Assembly: GCA_951406725.2 (NCBI GenBank)
Contig: OX597817.1
Location: forward strand, 136,958,001 to 137,022,000
DNA length: 64,000 nucleotides
Direction: 5' to 3'
Source of the DNA: Octopus vulgaris
Taxonomy: Eukaryota
The position numbers were made by a program, and so were the translations under genes. Position 1 is the stretch's first letter. Every line of letters begins with the position of its first letter. A model generated the notes under the pieces. That model worked only from the letters and a program-made list of their open reading frames with translations. It made no database searches and was not told where the DNA came from. Positions 1 to 12,344 of this stretch are shown piece after piece.

Positions 1-198
1 GCCCTCATGCCGGTGGCACGTAAAAGCATCCACTACACTCTCAGAGTAGTTGGCATTAGGAAGGGCATCCAGCTGTAGAAACTCTGCCAGATCAGATTGG
101 AGCCTGGTGCAGCCTTCTGGCTCACCAGTCCTCAGTCAAACCGTCCAACCCATGCTAGGATGGAAATTGGATATCAACGATAATGATGATGATGATGA
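1..198 (+). mobile_element. Short interspersed repeat with RTE-type 3' tail ending in (GAT)n
   Basis: Core 'cactacactctc..ggaagggcatccagctgtagaaac..cccatgctag.atggaa' followed by (GAT)n. The same core recurs at 2521, 5723, 6465, 9530 and 31040. Confidence 0.75.
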
Positions 199-1379
199 AG
201 AAGACTTGCTCTGGAATGTTTTTCTGCTGGTTGAGAATGATTTTCACCCGCACCTTCCTGCAATAACCAACAGAGAAATGACCTCGTGGTTCTCATATTC
301 TACTTGATCCTACTTCTTTTTGAAAATGATGACTATATCAGGGCTTCCCAAAAGTCCTGGGGTACACACTCATTAGAAAGATATTGAGGAGAAACAATAG
401 AGATAATACAAAAGTGCACTTGAGAGGCGTAACTTTGTTAATGCACTAAGTAGCTTCACTTGCAGCAGATGTCTTCACTGTTGCAGATGAAGAAGAGCAG
501 GCCATGTAGCCCACATGCAAGCCTGCCACAGATGATTACTGAACAAAAATAGTCAAACATCGACCTACAATGGACAGACAAAGAAGGAAAATCTATAAGT
601 AAACAGCCATCTGTTTTCCCCCTTATTGCCAATTTCAAACGGTGTACACTTGTGATTATTTTCCTGAGTTTACATGACTGACTGAGCACTTCCATTGTCA
701 GAGATAAAATGGTAATGTCTTTTGGAACCTAAATCTCTGCCGCTATCCTTGGATACCCCAGCACATGCACTGAACTGTGTCCATTGGTTTGCTGCTGTCA
801 CAGACTTCAGCACTCAATCTTGTCATTAAATTCTATACATAGCCTTCACCCTTAACTCTCAATATCTTCATCCAATCAATGGTATCTCAACATCAGAGGG
901 AGGTCAAGTAGTGGTCACAGTTTCATTGATGCGTGTTATGTTAGAAATAATCAATTGAAAAAAAATCTGTCTTAGATCTTTAACATCAATGATTTTTCTG
1001 TAAACTGACTTCTTTAAATCTGATGACTGAACTCATTGCACCAGTGATTTCTCTCTCTCCACCCTCAACTATCATGTTGAATGATGTAATATTTACGAGG
1101 GGATGGTCTTTATCAGTTAATGCAGGATGGTTGTCAGATATACATAAACACATAACCATTGTTTGCCAATCCTCTTCCTCATGCTTGCATGGGTCAGACA
1201 ACTTTTTGAGGCAGATTTTTTGCATCCTAATGCCTTTTATATCTCCAAGCCTTGTTTCCAGGCAAGGTAATATTTTTCCCCCGTAGCCACACAAGTTTTT
1301 CATGGATGATTTTCATGGAATATTGACACTTGAATGACAAGGATGCTTGTTTACATTCATCATATAATATCAAGTTTGT

Positions 1380-1490
1380 TCAGCCTGGGGCTTTGTGGAA
1401 GACACTTGCCCGAGTTACCCCACAGTGGTACTGAACCTGAGACCACATAGTTGAGAAACAAGCTTCTTAACCACACAGCCATGCCTGCAT
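1380..1490 (-). mobile_element. tRNA-derived SINE head fragment
   Basis: Minus strand reads 'ggcatggctgtgtggttaagaagcttg..ggttcagtacca..ggcaagtgtcttc', homologous to the SINE head at 32100-32190. Confidence 0.65.
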
Positions 1491-1920
1491 CTATTTATCT
1501 GTATTTTTCCCCACCCCCGAGAGGCTCCTTCACATTATTCACAAACACCAGATCATTTATGTCCCTGTGAAGGTCAGCCCCATTTCAAACCAGAAGCTGT
1601 TTCACACATTGACAATCAATCCAGTTTGTCAGTTATGAAAGATTCACTGGAAATAATTAACCCATTCCTTCCAACCAACTGAAACAAAATATTGCTGAAT
1701 TACTGATAAGAATGTAAACAAATCATAACAAACACACACACACATACACACACACACACACAGGGTAAAATGTTTAGATGTACAGAAATACATAGATCAG
1801 CCATAAGTAAACAACTGCATGAGTATATTAAATACATACATGCTTCACAATTGTTTGTGCATAAATATCATCACTATTATAGACATTTTAATTTCATGCT
1901 AACGAATCTTATTTCTACAG

Positions 1921-1996
1921 AAACCTATCCATGAAGAGTTCCAATATCAACCAGGATCCTTCATTATTTGGTGATAACTTGAATGCCAGTCTTAGG
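1921..1996 (+). CDS. Internal coding exon of host gene (xNLSMKSSNINQDPSLFGDNLNASLR)
   Basis: Acceptor 'atttctacag' and donor 'GG|gtaagt'. Open frame ends in phase 0, compatible with the exon at 9215. Confidence 0.75.
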
Positions 1997-2520
1997 GTAA
2001 GTTCACTTATTTTTTTATCATTGAACAATTAAGGATTTGGTTTATTTGTGAAATTATTAATTATATTAATTATTGTATTTTTGAAATTTAATAATCTCTT
2101 GCATTGTTTTCTTCTAATTAATATTCACAAAATTTGTCAGACTGCTAAAAGTCTGTTTACATAAAGGATTGATGTAACATTGTGTTTTAGTGTGAAAAAC
2201 TGAACTACTTGGCCTTGTCCCAGGGTAAACCTGACTGAAATATCTGGCACTGCAATGGGAGCAAATCTGAAATACCCTGCCCTACCCTGTAGTAAACATT
2301 CAGTGTATTAATTTTGTTGCAAAATGTCACACAGTTCTTCTCATTGCATTCTTCTGTCTCAGGTTACTTTCATACAATAATTGGACATCAACAGTACTTA
2401 TGTGGTTTTGTGTATGTATATATATGTAAATATGCATACACCTCTCCAACATTCTAACATGTTGAAAGTAACCACTATTTTCTTTCTCTCTGTCTCTCAT
2501 ATATATATATATATATATAG

Positions 2521-2808
2521 CGATCACGCTCGAAAGACACCATTAGAGTGTGATTGTTACCAGCATCGCCTTACTGGCACCTGTGCCTGTGGCATGTGTA
2601 AAAGATTCGAGTGAGGTCATTGCCAGTACCGCCTGACTGGCACGTAACAGCACCCACTACACTCTTCGAGTGGTTGGCGTTAGGAAGGGCCTCCAGCTGT
2701 AGAAACTCTGCCAGATCAAGATTGAAGCCTGGTGCAGCCATCTGGTTCACCAGCCCTCAATCATACGTCCAACCCATGCTAGCATGGAAAGCGGACATTA
2801 AACGATGA

Positions 2809-2810
<2 letters not shown>
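2521..2810 (+). mobile_element. RTE-tail short interspersed repeat
   Basis: Same family as 1-198; ends 'ggacattaaacgatgatgat'. Confidence 0.75.
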
Positions 2811-2849
<39 letters not shown>

Positions 2850-2854
<5 letters not shown>

Positions 2855-4102
2855 GTTGGACAAAATAGTGGAAACACCTTAAAATTTCAAACACATTTAT
2901 CTTAATATGGAGTAGGACCGCCTTTGGCAGTAATTACAGCATGAATTCTACGAGGTATGGACTTGTATAAAGTTTGAATTGTTTCCAAATTTTTTGTCCA
3001 TTCTTCAGCTAAAACAGTCTCCAGTTCTTGTTGTGATGATGGTGGAGGATATCGACTCCTTACTTGTTTTTCTAAAATGTGCCATAAATGTTCAATAATA
3101 TTGAGATCTGAGGACTGTGGTGGCCAGATAAGATTTTCAACTTCACTAGAATGTTCCTTGTGCCATTCAGTAACAAATTTAGCTGTGTGAATTGGTGCAT
3201 TATCATCCTGAAAGATTGTGCTTCCCTCCAGAAACAGTTCCACAACCATAGGATGAATTTGATCAGATAAAATGCTTAAATAGTCTTGACTATTAATTCT
3301 GCCATGAAGGGAAACCATCGGCCCAGTATATTTCAAAGAAATAGACCCCTCCCCTACTCCGATCATCACAGATCCTTCTCCATCCTCCATGTTTAATAGT
3401 TAGAAGAAGGCAGTTTGGGTAAAATGCTTCTTTTGGCTGTTTCCACATGTATACTCGGCTGGTGGTTGGAAATAAGGTAAAGGATGACTCATCCGAGAAA
3501 ATAACATTTTACCATTGTTCTAGGGACCAATTCTGTAGGTTTTTACTCCACTCTAAATGCTTTGCAACGTATGTTTTTGAAAGTGGTGGTTTTCTAATTG
3601 CAGCCCTCCCATGAAATTTGGCTTTGTGCAGCTCCCAGCAAACAGTTTTTGTGGAAACTGGGTTCTCAAAGTAGTCATTAAGCTCTGCAGTAATTTTGTT
3701 GATCCTTTCTAACAATTCGCATAAGAGTCTGACAGTCCCTATCTGAAAGTTTTGGTTTTCTTCCAGAGTTTTGTTTTGACGTGGAGGTTTCCTCTCTTTC
3801 TCAAAGGTTGTCATTACTTTTGAGACACCCAAACATTTCAGCTGTTTCCGTTATACTAGCGCCTGCCATACAAGCACTAACAATTTGACCTCTTTGAAAG
3901 TCTGATAGATCTATCATTTTAATGAATTTTAGTTACCTTTTTCTGATGATATCTGAAAAGTTACAGCAATTTTAACAAAACATATTAAGCAGCGCTAATA
4001 ACAGGTAAAAAAAACAACATAGAAATAAACAAGCTTTTGATGGTTTGATAGATATTTCAAAATTATGATGCTAAGTGTTTCCATTATTTAGTCCAACCCT
4101 TG
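2850..4102 (-). mobile_element. Tc1-family DNA transposon (about 1.25 kb) with ~30-bp TIRs, inserted in (TA)n
   Basis: Left 'aggggttggacaaaatagtggaaacac' is the inverted match of right 'gtgtttccattatttagtccaacccttg'. TA on both flanks. Confidence 0.92.
2902..3917 (-). pseudogene. Disrupted Tc1 DD34E-type transposase
   Basis: N-terminus MIDLSDFQRGQIV, then VIFSDES, FQDDNAPIH, WPPQSSDLNIIEHLW and C-terminal AKGGPTPY*. Split by frameshifts and stops. Confidence 0.9.
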
Positions 4103-4111
4103 TATATATAT

Positions 4112-4299
4112 ATAATTATTAAAATAATAAATTAGGGTATCTATGAGATACCACCATGCTGAAAATAGCAGCCATGATCTGACTCTAAAACCACCTTAAT
4201 TGTCCATATAATTAAGGTGGTTTTAGAGTTAGATCATGGTTGCTATTTTCAGCATGGTGGTATCTCGTAGATACCCTAATTTATAATTTTAATAATTAT
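4112..4299. repeat. Long foldback palindrome, ~90-bp arms
   Basis: 4112-4201 is the reverse complement of 4210-4299 with 4 mismatches. Confidence 0.95.
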
Positions 4300-4565
4300 T
4301 ACCTTTGAAGGTTAATTTTTCTATGCTGACCACTTGATAAAATCGTTATTTTATTTTTAAATTAACGATCTTATCCTTATTTATATATATATTGAATCAG
4401 TGAATCATATACCCAAAAGAGAAGCACACTCTAAAAGTTAGAGCCGTAATGTATTTATAGAGCGTTATGTGGTTGGTCTTAGAGTGACCAATGGTTTTGC
4501 ATCCATAAAGTGTTTAGCCTTATTGGTGACCCATCAGACCCAAAATGGCAGCAGACATGCAACCT

Positions 4566-5258
4566 CTCTTCAAACTGGAGATAGAAAACTGTTACAGTCA
4601 GTTAATTTGTAAGCAAAAAAAAAAAAATTATATATTGTCTGAACTTTAAACGAGACAGGTCATTAAATGGAGAATTCCATACCTGCAGCTGGTATCAGTG
4701 CTCAGGTTTGGAGATTCATTAGTTTGGCTGGAACTGCCTCTAAGTGATGTCTGTACAACAATGTGTCCTCTTTTAGAAACATAATATCCAGAAAGATGTT
4801 ATGTCACATCCTTGGCCAGCCATGTTTCATGCCTTAAAAATGTAAGAACTTGATACGAAATTAAATTGAAGGCTCATAGAGAAACCGGGGTCCTATTTAA
4901 GAAGGAGTGGACAATGCAAGCTTTGCATAGCAGAGTGGGCAATGATCCTTAAAGACCTGCTTGACCTGGCAACCCTTTTAGACTCCTGAAACGAAATCCA
5001 TAGTCCTTGACTGCATTTTAAATGCTACCTGCTGCAGGTGTGGGATTCTCCATTCATTGATTAGGGTTATAAAAAATAATTGCGGATGGGAACCAACCTA
5101 AGGGCAGAGATTCCCCATTCATCAGTTAGGACCATAAATATTTGCTGACTAGATCGATCTGAGGGCAACCGATCCCATTTAGGACTCAGACAATATATAA
5201 TATTTTTTTGTTTACAAATTAACTGACTGTAACGGTTTTCTATCTCCAGTTTGAAGAG
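4566..5258. repeat. Inverted repeat pair (~75-bp arms) around a ~540-bp spacer, with a nested ~30-bp inverted pair
   Basis: 4566-4642 versus 5186-5258; inner pair about 4665-4694 versus about 5027-5056. Confidence 0.85.
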
Positions 5259-5722
5259 CAGCTATATGTCCACAGCTTTTGTTAAGTAATTTGTAAGACT
5301 AAAAAGAACAGGAAAAAGAAAAATGCCTTGTCGACTAAACGGATGGTGGGAGTATCTGAGAAGACAAGAGTGTTCTATGCCAGGATTTGGGAGGTTAATT
5401 TGTGTGTCTCTATCTTACCCAGGGTGTACTATATGGACTTTCTGCCTACACCTTTCCTACATATTAAGCTGAGACATTTACCCAAAGGGTGTAGAGTCTT
5501 GATTTACTTTCATGCTTACTAGAACTTTGCACTTTTCTAAATTAACTTGAGGCCCTTTGAGTCACCTTACTGACAATACCTCTGTTCATAGCTTGGGAGA
5601 GTCATGCAAGCCATTCATCTTTTAAAAATTAATTGTGGGGAACAAGTTGAATACATTGGTAAATGTTAGTTCTTTGCAGTGATATATCTATCTGTCTGCC
5701 TACCTGCTTACTCATAGAGATA

Positions 5723-6000
5723 TCATCCTCATCATTTAATGTCCAGCTTCCATGCTGGCACAGGCAGGGATGGGTTGACCAGAGATGGCAAACCAGAAGA
5801 CTGCACCAAGATCCACTGTCTATTTTGGCATGTTTTTTATGGTTGGATGCCCTTCTTAATACTAACCACTTTACTGAGTGAACTGATTGACTTTTATGTA
5901 GCATCAGCAAGGTCGGTTTTGGCATGGTTTTTACAGGTGGATGCCCTCCTAATGCCAACCACTTTACAGAATGGCCTGGGTGCTTTTAACATGGCACCAG
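5723..6000 (-). mobile_element. RTE-tail short interspersed repeat with internal duplication
   Basis: Reverse complement of the 1-198 family; the 'ggatgccc..taa..c.aaccact' block occurs twice. Confidence 0.7.
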
Positions 6001-6464
6001 CATCATTTCATTTTATATTCGTTTTTTCCCCTGCTAGCATTGGTTGGACAGGTCATAATTTTTTGGGTCAGTTCTTAATTTTAGGTCCAAAGGGTCCCTT
6101 TAAAGGGTCTTTCAATGATTTTGCTGTTGCACTGAAGTCCTTACTGAGCATTGGGTGCAGTTTATCACAGCACCAGCACTGATGAAGTTGCTTTGTCTCC
6201 CCCTCTACTCTGACTTCATTTGTCCAGGTCTGTGTGACCTGTAGAGGCAGGGTAGAAGAGAGGATGATAGCAAAAGATGAAGGAGAAGAGAGGATAAGAT
6301 GGAAATAGAGTGAATAGGGTAATAGTGGGAGGAAGTTGGTGCAGAAATAGGAGAGAGGGGAGTAATGGGGAGAGAAAATACTAGAAGGATATAGAGATAC
6401 AGTATTGGCAGCTCCTTGTTTGTAGGTTAGAGAGAAGATGAAGGAGAGAAACAGAAAGAGAGAG

Positions 6465-7060
6465 AGCACCCACTACACTCTCGGAATGGTTGGTGCTAGG
6501 AAGGGCATCCAGCTGTAGAAACTTTGCCAGACCAGTTTGACTGAGGACTGGTGAGCCAGAGGCTGCACCAGGCTCAAACTGGTCTGGCAAAGTTCCTTCA
6601 GCTGGATGCCCTTCCTAGCACCAACCATTCTGAGAGTGTAGTGGGTGCTTTTTACATGCCACCGGCACAAGGGCCAGTCAGGCGGTTCTGGCACCGACCA
6701 CGCTCACAGGGTGTTTTTACATGCTACCTGCACGGGAGCCAGTCTGGTGGCACTGGCAATGACCATACTTGAATGTTGTTTTTCACATACCACCAGCACA
6801 GGAGCCAATCTGTGGCACTGGCAATGATCACGCTTGGATGTGCTTATAACGTTCCACTGGCATGAGTGCCAATCAGGCGGTACTGTCATCGGCCATGTCA
6901 GCGATTTTGATTTGTTTACACTTGCCTCAATAGGTCTTCGCAAGCAAAGTTCATTGTCCAATGAATGAGGGGTATTCATAAATGGGCCGGTTACACCCAC
7001 TGGCATAGGCCATGGGCTATGGTCTCACTTGGCTTGTCGGGTCATCTCAAGTACATATAA
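6465..7060 (-). mobile_element. Longer copy of the RTE-tail repeat family, with a foldback duplication at its end
   Basis: Family core on the minus strand at 6545-7060. 6465-6540 is an inverted copy of 6574-6649. Confidence 0.75.
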
Positions 7061-7960
7061 ATATATATATATATATATATATTAACTTTGTGAGATTCAA
7101 CATCTTGAGATCATTCTTCACCATTTTTCCTTACTCTCCTTCTTCCACAGGTTCCATTCTTTTTGAGTTCTTAACTCTTCATTTTATGGCTGTCATCTTC
7201 CATTTGTGTCGCATTCCCATACCACAACACACTGCATGTAACTCCTTTTCTATTCAATCCATTGATCAGACACATTAACATCACGCATCCAATGAACTAT
7301 GCTCACTTCATTTCTTTCTCATATACATGTGTATGCGTGTGTGTGTGTATACATGTCTGTACACATATATGTCAGTGGATGAGTATCTAACATTTGAAAT
7401 CATAATGCAGTGATTACATTTCCCTGCACATATATCTGTACGAATCTTTGATTTTATGTCAAGTTGTGATAAAAACAACTTTACATTAAGCTGAAGTATT
7501 ACTCAATGCATTTTTTGTGGAGATGCACTTTTATGGCAAAGGTTTTGATCTGAGATTGTGTGTTAAAGCTAAATCAATCCCAGTATGGAAGACTTAAAGT
7601 TAACCATTCACAAACACTCAAAGACCATTAATTTTACTTAAACTTTGTTTGTAATAAAGTGCCAACATTTTCATTGCTCAAAACTTTGAGTTGGTCACTG
7701 CAGCACAATCTTTGTCAGTGACCAGGTTACAGTTTTGAGTAACATAAATTTTGACACCATTTTACAAAGAATTCTTCCACACTGCTATGCTTTGTATTTA
7801 GCAAGAATTGTGTTGAGCATTTACTGTGAAAGTTGCAAATAACCACAGGAGTAAAAGATGTGTAGGGAACAGAGGATGTTCATAACTTGTCCCACGTTTG
7901 CTCTGTATATCATGACCAGTAATGCTACAAAGTAAAGTAGTGAGACCACATGAAATCCAC

Positions 7961-8360
7961 TCTTTTCTACTCTAAGGCACAAGGCCCGAAATTTTGGGGG
8001 AGGGGGCCAGTTGATTAGATCGACCCCACTACGTAGCTGGTACTTAATTTATCGACTGTGAAAGGATGAACTACAAAGTCGACCTCGGCGGAATTTGAAC
8101 CTAGAACGTAAAGACAGATGAAATACCTATTTCTTTACTACCCACAAGGGGCTAAACACAGAGAGGACAAACAAGGACAGACAAACAGATTAAGTCAATT
8201 ATATCGACTCCAGTGCATAACTGGTACTTAATTTATCGACCCCGAAAGGATGAAAGGCAAAGTCGACCTCAGCGGAATTTGAACTAAGAACGTAGTGGCA
8301 GACGAAATACTGCTAAGCATTTCGCCCGGCATGCTAGCGATTCTGCCAGCTCACCGCCTT
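7961..8360 (-). mobile_element. tRNA-derived SINE with Nin-like domain (dimeric)
   Basis: A-box 'gagctggcagaatcg', B-box 'agttcaaattcc', core 'gactttgcctttcatcctttcggggtcgataaattaagtaccag'. Confidence 0.85.
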
Positions 8361-8449
8361 ACCACACTAATCTACTGGAAGCAGACTGGGTGATGATCTA
8401 CTTAGTAGATCTTACCGGTAGCAGTCGCACATATAACTCTACATACAAG

Positions 8450-8482
<33 letters not shown>

Positions 8483-9214
8483 TGCGCATAATCCATATCT
8501 TTCATCTGAAGCTGCACTCCATCACTACTCAGAGTTTCTCATTATGTGCATTCCCCCCCCCATTGAGAATCTGTTAAATGGAGGAATTTCTTCATTGGGA
8601 AGTTTTGGTCAGGTGAGTTACATGGAACTGGATAGTGGCTGATATAAATTCTTTAGAAATTGTCAGTTTGCCACATGTTCCATGTGTCAGTGGGAGAAAC
8701 CAATGATTATTATGGTGCTAACTAGAAAAGAATGACTGAGTTTGCCAGGTATTTTTAGCCAATAATCTGTACAGGTAATGGTTAAGAATAGTACATCTGG
8801 TCTGCATTTGGAATTTTCTCAAGAATTTTCTTCCTCTATCTGCAAACAGACACTATGTCAGATGTTGTCTTCAATATATCGAATTGTTGAGACAAGATAC
8901 TTCTCTTTCCAGCATAAAAGGCATCACTTTGATTCATTCAAAAATATTTCAGTTTAAAACCAAAAGAGACTCTAAAAACTTTTTAAGTAAATGCTTGTAC
9001 TCGTTATTCTATCCATTAATTAGCTGCATGTGTTTCCATTTAAACAATGAATCAAGGAAATATAGTGGGAGAAAGTATGAAACTGTTGCTGTTAATGATA
9101 GAATGTTGGGCAAGTCTCTCCATGAACAAGGTAAACATTACAGGATGAATGAAAAGCTGAGTGAAAGAAATGAACGAATATTTTAATATAAATAAATGTG
9201 TTTTCTCATTGTAG

Positions 9215-9348
9215 GCTGCACTTGGTGAGAACAACCTCTCTTTAATTGCAAATGGTCAACTCTCTGCTGGAGGGGTAGATGGTGTGGAAGATTTATCAAT
9301 GAAATCCCAGGGAAGCCATTTGGGAAATCTTAACACAGAATCTATCAG
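9215..9348 (+). CDS. Internal coding exon of host gene (AALGENNLSLIANGQLSAGGVDGVEDLSMKSQGSHLGNLNTESI)
   Basis: Acceptor 'ttttctcattgtag' and donor 'AG|gtaagt'. 134 nt, phase 0 in and phase 2 out, matching both neighbouring exons. Confidence 0.85.
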
Positions 9349-9529
9349 GTAAGTCAGCTCAAACAAGGAGAATTTATGGTAATTGTTCAAATGTCGAATT
9401 AATTCTTCATGTTCGTTTTCTGCACAATTTTATGTAACATTAAGCAACACACATCCATACACACACACACACATGCATAAACACACACTCGCATATACAT
9501 AAACACCCCTCCACACACACACACACACC

Positions 9530-9790
9530 ATCTTAAATTTGCATTTTCCATGATCGCATGGGTTGGATGGTTTGACAGGATCTGATGGATCCAAGGACCA
9601 CATTGTTCCCCAGGTCCATCATCATTTAGTGTCCGTTTTCCATGCTGGCATGGGTTGGATGGTTCAACAGGAGCTGGAAAGCTGCACATGGTTCCAGTCT
9701 GATTTGGCATGGTTTCTATGGCTGGATGCCCTTCCAAATGCCAACCACTCCAGGAGTGTAATGGGTGCCTTTAATGTGTCACCAGCACCG
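9530..9790 (-). mobile_element. RTE-tail repeat fragments (two tails)
   Basis: 'ttttccatg..gcatgggttggatgg' occurs twice, plus the 'gctggatgcccttcc' core. Confidence 0.7.
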
Positions 9791-10121
9791 GTCACAACTA
9801 TGATTTACCTGATGAGTTTTTCCAAGCACAGAAAGTTGCCAAAGGCCACATTTACTTGTCATTGCCTCTGTGAGACCCAAATTTCGAAGATTGTGGTTCA
9901 CCACATTGTCTTGTGTTTTCCTGGGTTTACTTCTTTATCTCATATCTAAACACATTCATATAAATGCATGTATCTGTCTGTGTGTGCAGCGTGTGTGTAT
10001 ATATATATATATATATGATTTAAAAATAGGATAAAATCTTTATAAGAATTTATCAAGTAGTTAGCGTGAAAAACCTCATAAGAGAAAAAACACATTTTTT
10101 TTCTTTTAAATTTATTTATTT

Positions 10122-10250
10122 ATATTATATAGAGGGCACTATTACACATAGATGCCTCATGCTAGAAGGGACTCAAATTTAGTAGTTTTGACTTTAAGAG
10201 TCCCTCCTAGCGTGAGCCATCTATGTGTAATAGTGCCCTCTATATAATAT
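10122..10250. repeat. Foldback palindrome, ~53-bp arms
   Basis: 'atattatatagagggcactattacacatagatg..gggactc' and its reverse complement, with 3 mismatches. Confidence 0.92.
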
Positions 10251-10352
10251 ATATATATATTTACCCATTATTAATTTTCTCATAAAAAGTCTTAGGTTTT
10301 GTTTAATGAGACTTTACAGATTATTATTTTGACAATATTTCACAGGCATTTA

Positions 10353-10542
10353 AGCACGCCGGGCAAAATGCTTTGCGGTATTTTGTCTATCTTTACATTC
10401 TGAGTTCAAATTCCCCCAAAGTCAACTTTGTCTTTCATCCTTTCGGGGTTGATAAATTAAGTACCAGTTTCATACTGGGGTCAATCTAATTGACTGGCCC
10501 CCTTCCCAAAAATTTTGGGCCTTGTGCCTAGAGTAGAAAAAA
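10353..10542 (+). mobile_element. Nin-like tRNA SINE, 5'-truncated, with ~18-bp TSD
   Basis: SINE core flanked by direct repeats 'atatttcacaggcattta' and 'atattttacaggcattta'. Confidence 0.8.
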
Positions 10543-12344
10543 ATATTTTACAGGCATTTAGAATTCAAAATGGCCAAATTGTCTATGACATTTAGAGATG
10601 CTTTGGATCAGTTGAGAAATATCTAATTCCTGTTTGTCTTTTACCTTGCTGGCTCCTGTCAAACCACCCAACCCATGTCAGCATGGAAAATGGGTATTAA
10701 ATGATGATGTTACTCTGTATGTATATATGTTACTATATAAATTTCATTTTGGTTTTAACCTTTCAGTTTATTGTATTAAGTTTATCCACAGGTCCAGGCT
10801 GTCAGAATGACAGCAACCTGGAAATTGTTTTATCCCACACATGCCTGAAAATCCAGACATCTGCAGAGTTTTTTTTTTTTTATTACAATGAAAGGGAGTG
10901 GAGTAAGCAAGTCCTTCTATAAAAGTACATTACAAACATTACCCCTTCTTTAGACAAAGGGTAGTATATATATATGGAGAGTTAGCCTGCAAGTTTTAGA
11001 AGGTTATGAAGGAAACTAAATGCAACATTAAAGTAGAAAAACCAGAAAAGTCCATCAGAATACAGTTATGTAAGACTTACCCTTTTGGACAAGACCAGCT
11101 CTACTGACAGGGACCGCATTGTGTGTAGTATTAAATCATAAGACGAGAAATGTAGTCTACAACATAAAATGCTTAGAAGGTGATTGTGGGAACTGGAATA
11201 TGGTATACATTTGGGAGACTTCTAGGAGTTCAGCCAAGAGGCTAATAATGGTTGTTGATGCTCTACTAACATACCAAAGATTGATATAGTGGTGTGCTGA
11301 ATCACATTCGTATTGAAATCTTATCTAAACACGTGAGAGATTTATTATGACAGATAAGAGAGTTTGATCTCAGAAATGAGCCAATGCCAATAGAAAATAT
11401 GCATGGTGAATAATAGAACCCCTAACATCTCTGCCATCACCCATGTAACACATATAGGTGTTACATGAAGGGCATGTGTGGGTATAGGTAGGTAGGTATA
11501 TACAGGGTAGTATTAGAATGACAGCAGGATATACAGAAATCCTGAAAAATAAATACATGTAATTATGAACAATTCCAGTATACAACATTAACAACACAGA
11601 CATGCACATACACACACAAAAATGCATTCACACAATCTATTAAAAAAATATCAAGCGCTTACATCACACATACACACTCAAAAGTATACATAGATGCTTT
11701 CTTATTAAAAAAAAAAACAACTTGGTACACTACACACATACATCTGTGTACACATACAGAGAGAGAGAGAGAGACAGGCAGGCATAATAAGATTAGTTCT
11801 CAGAGTCAAAAAGGTCTTGAAGAGTGAGGGTATGTCATTTATGAGGTTGTGAAAACTGATGAGAGAACTCTGAAAGAGAAAACATTCAATCAACGCATTA
11901 AACAAACAATTGAATTGTTTGTTGGTATAATAAATGAGTGGTATTGAACCAGTGCGTGTGTTTATTTCTATTGGCATAAATGACCCTCCTGGGGCACAAG
12001 ATTTGATTCAACACATGAATTCATGTCAGAATGTTACAAACTAAATACAAAAACAAAATATATTTGTGTTTTATATAAGTTACATATGTGGCATTATACA
12101 TACATCATTTGTTATATGTTACATTATACATACATGTATGTGTGTGTGTGTATGTATATATATAATGCAAGACAATCCTAATGTTATTGTAAATGAATTT
12201 ATTGTTTGAATCAGAAATATATACTTTGTTTAAAAATGATACATGTGTACTGAGTTGTGGCTGAATGGGTATACAGAAAGAAAATTAATTAACTTATGTG
12301 CTATCAATTAATCGGTGTTTAATTGCTGTTTCTATTTATTTCAG

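Noticed and set aside
12298-12344. ORF-track start upstream of the last exon
   Set aside because: Intronic sequence; the splice acceptor at 12344 explains the frame.
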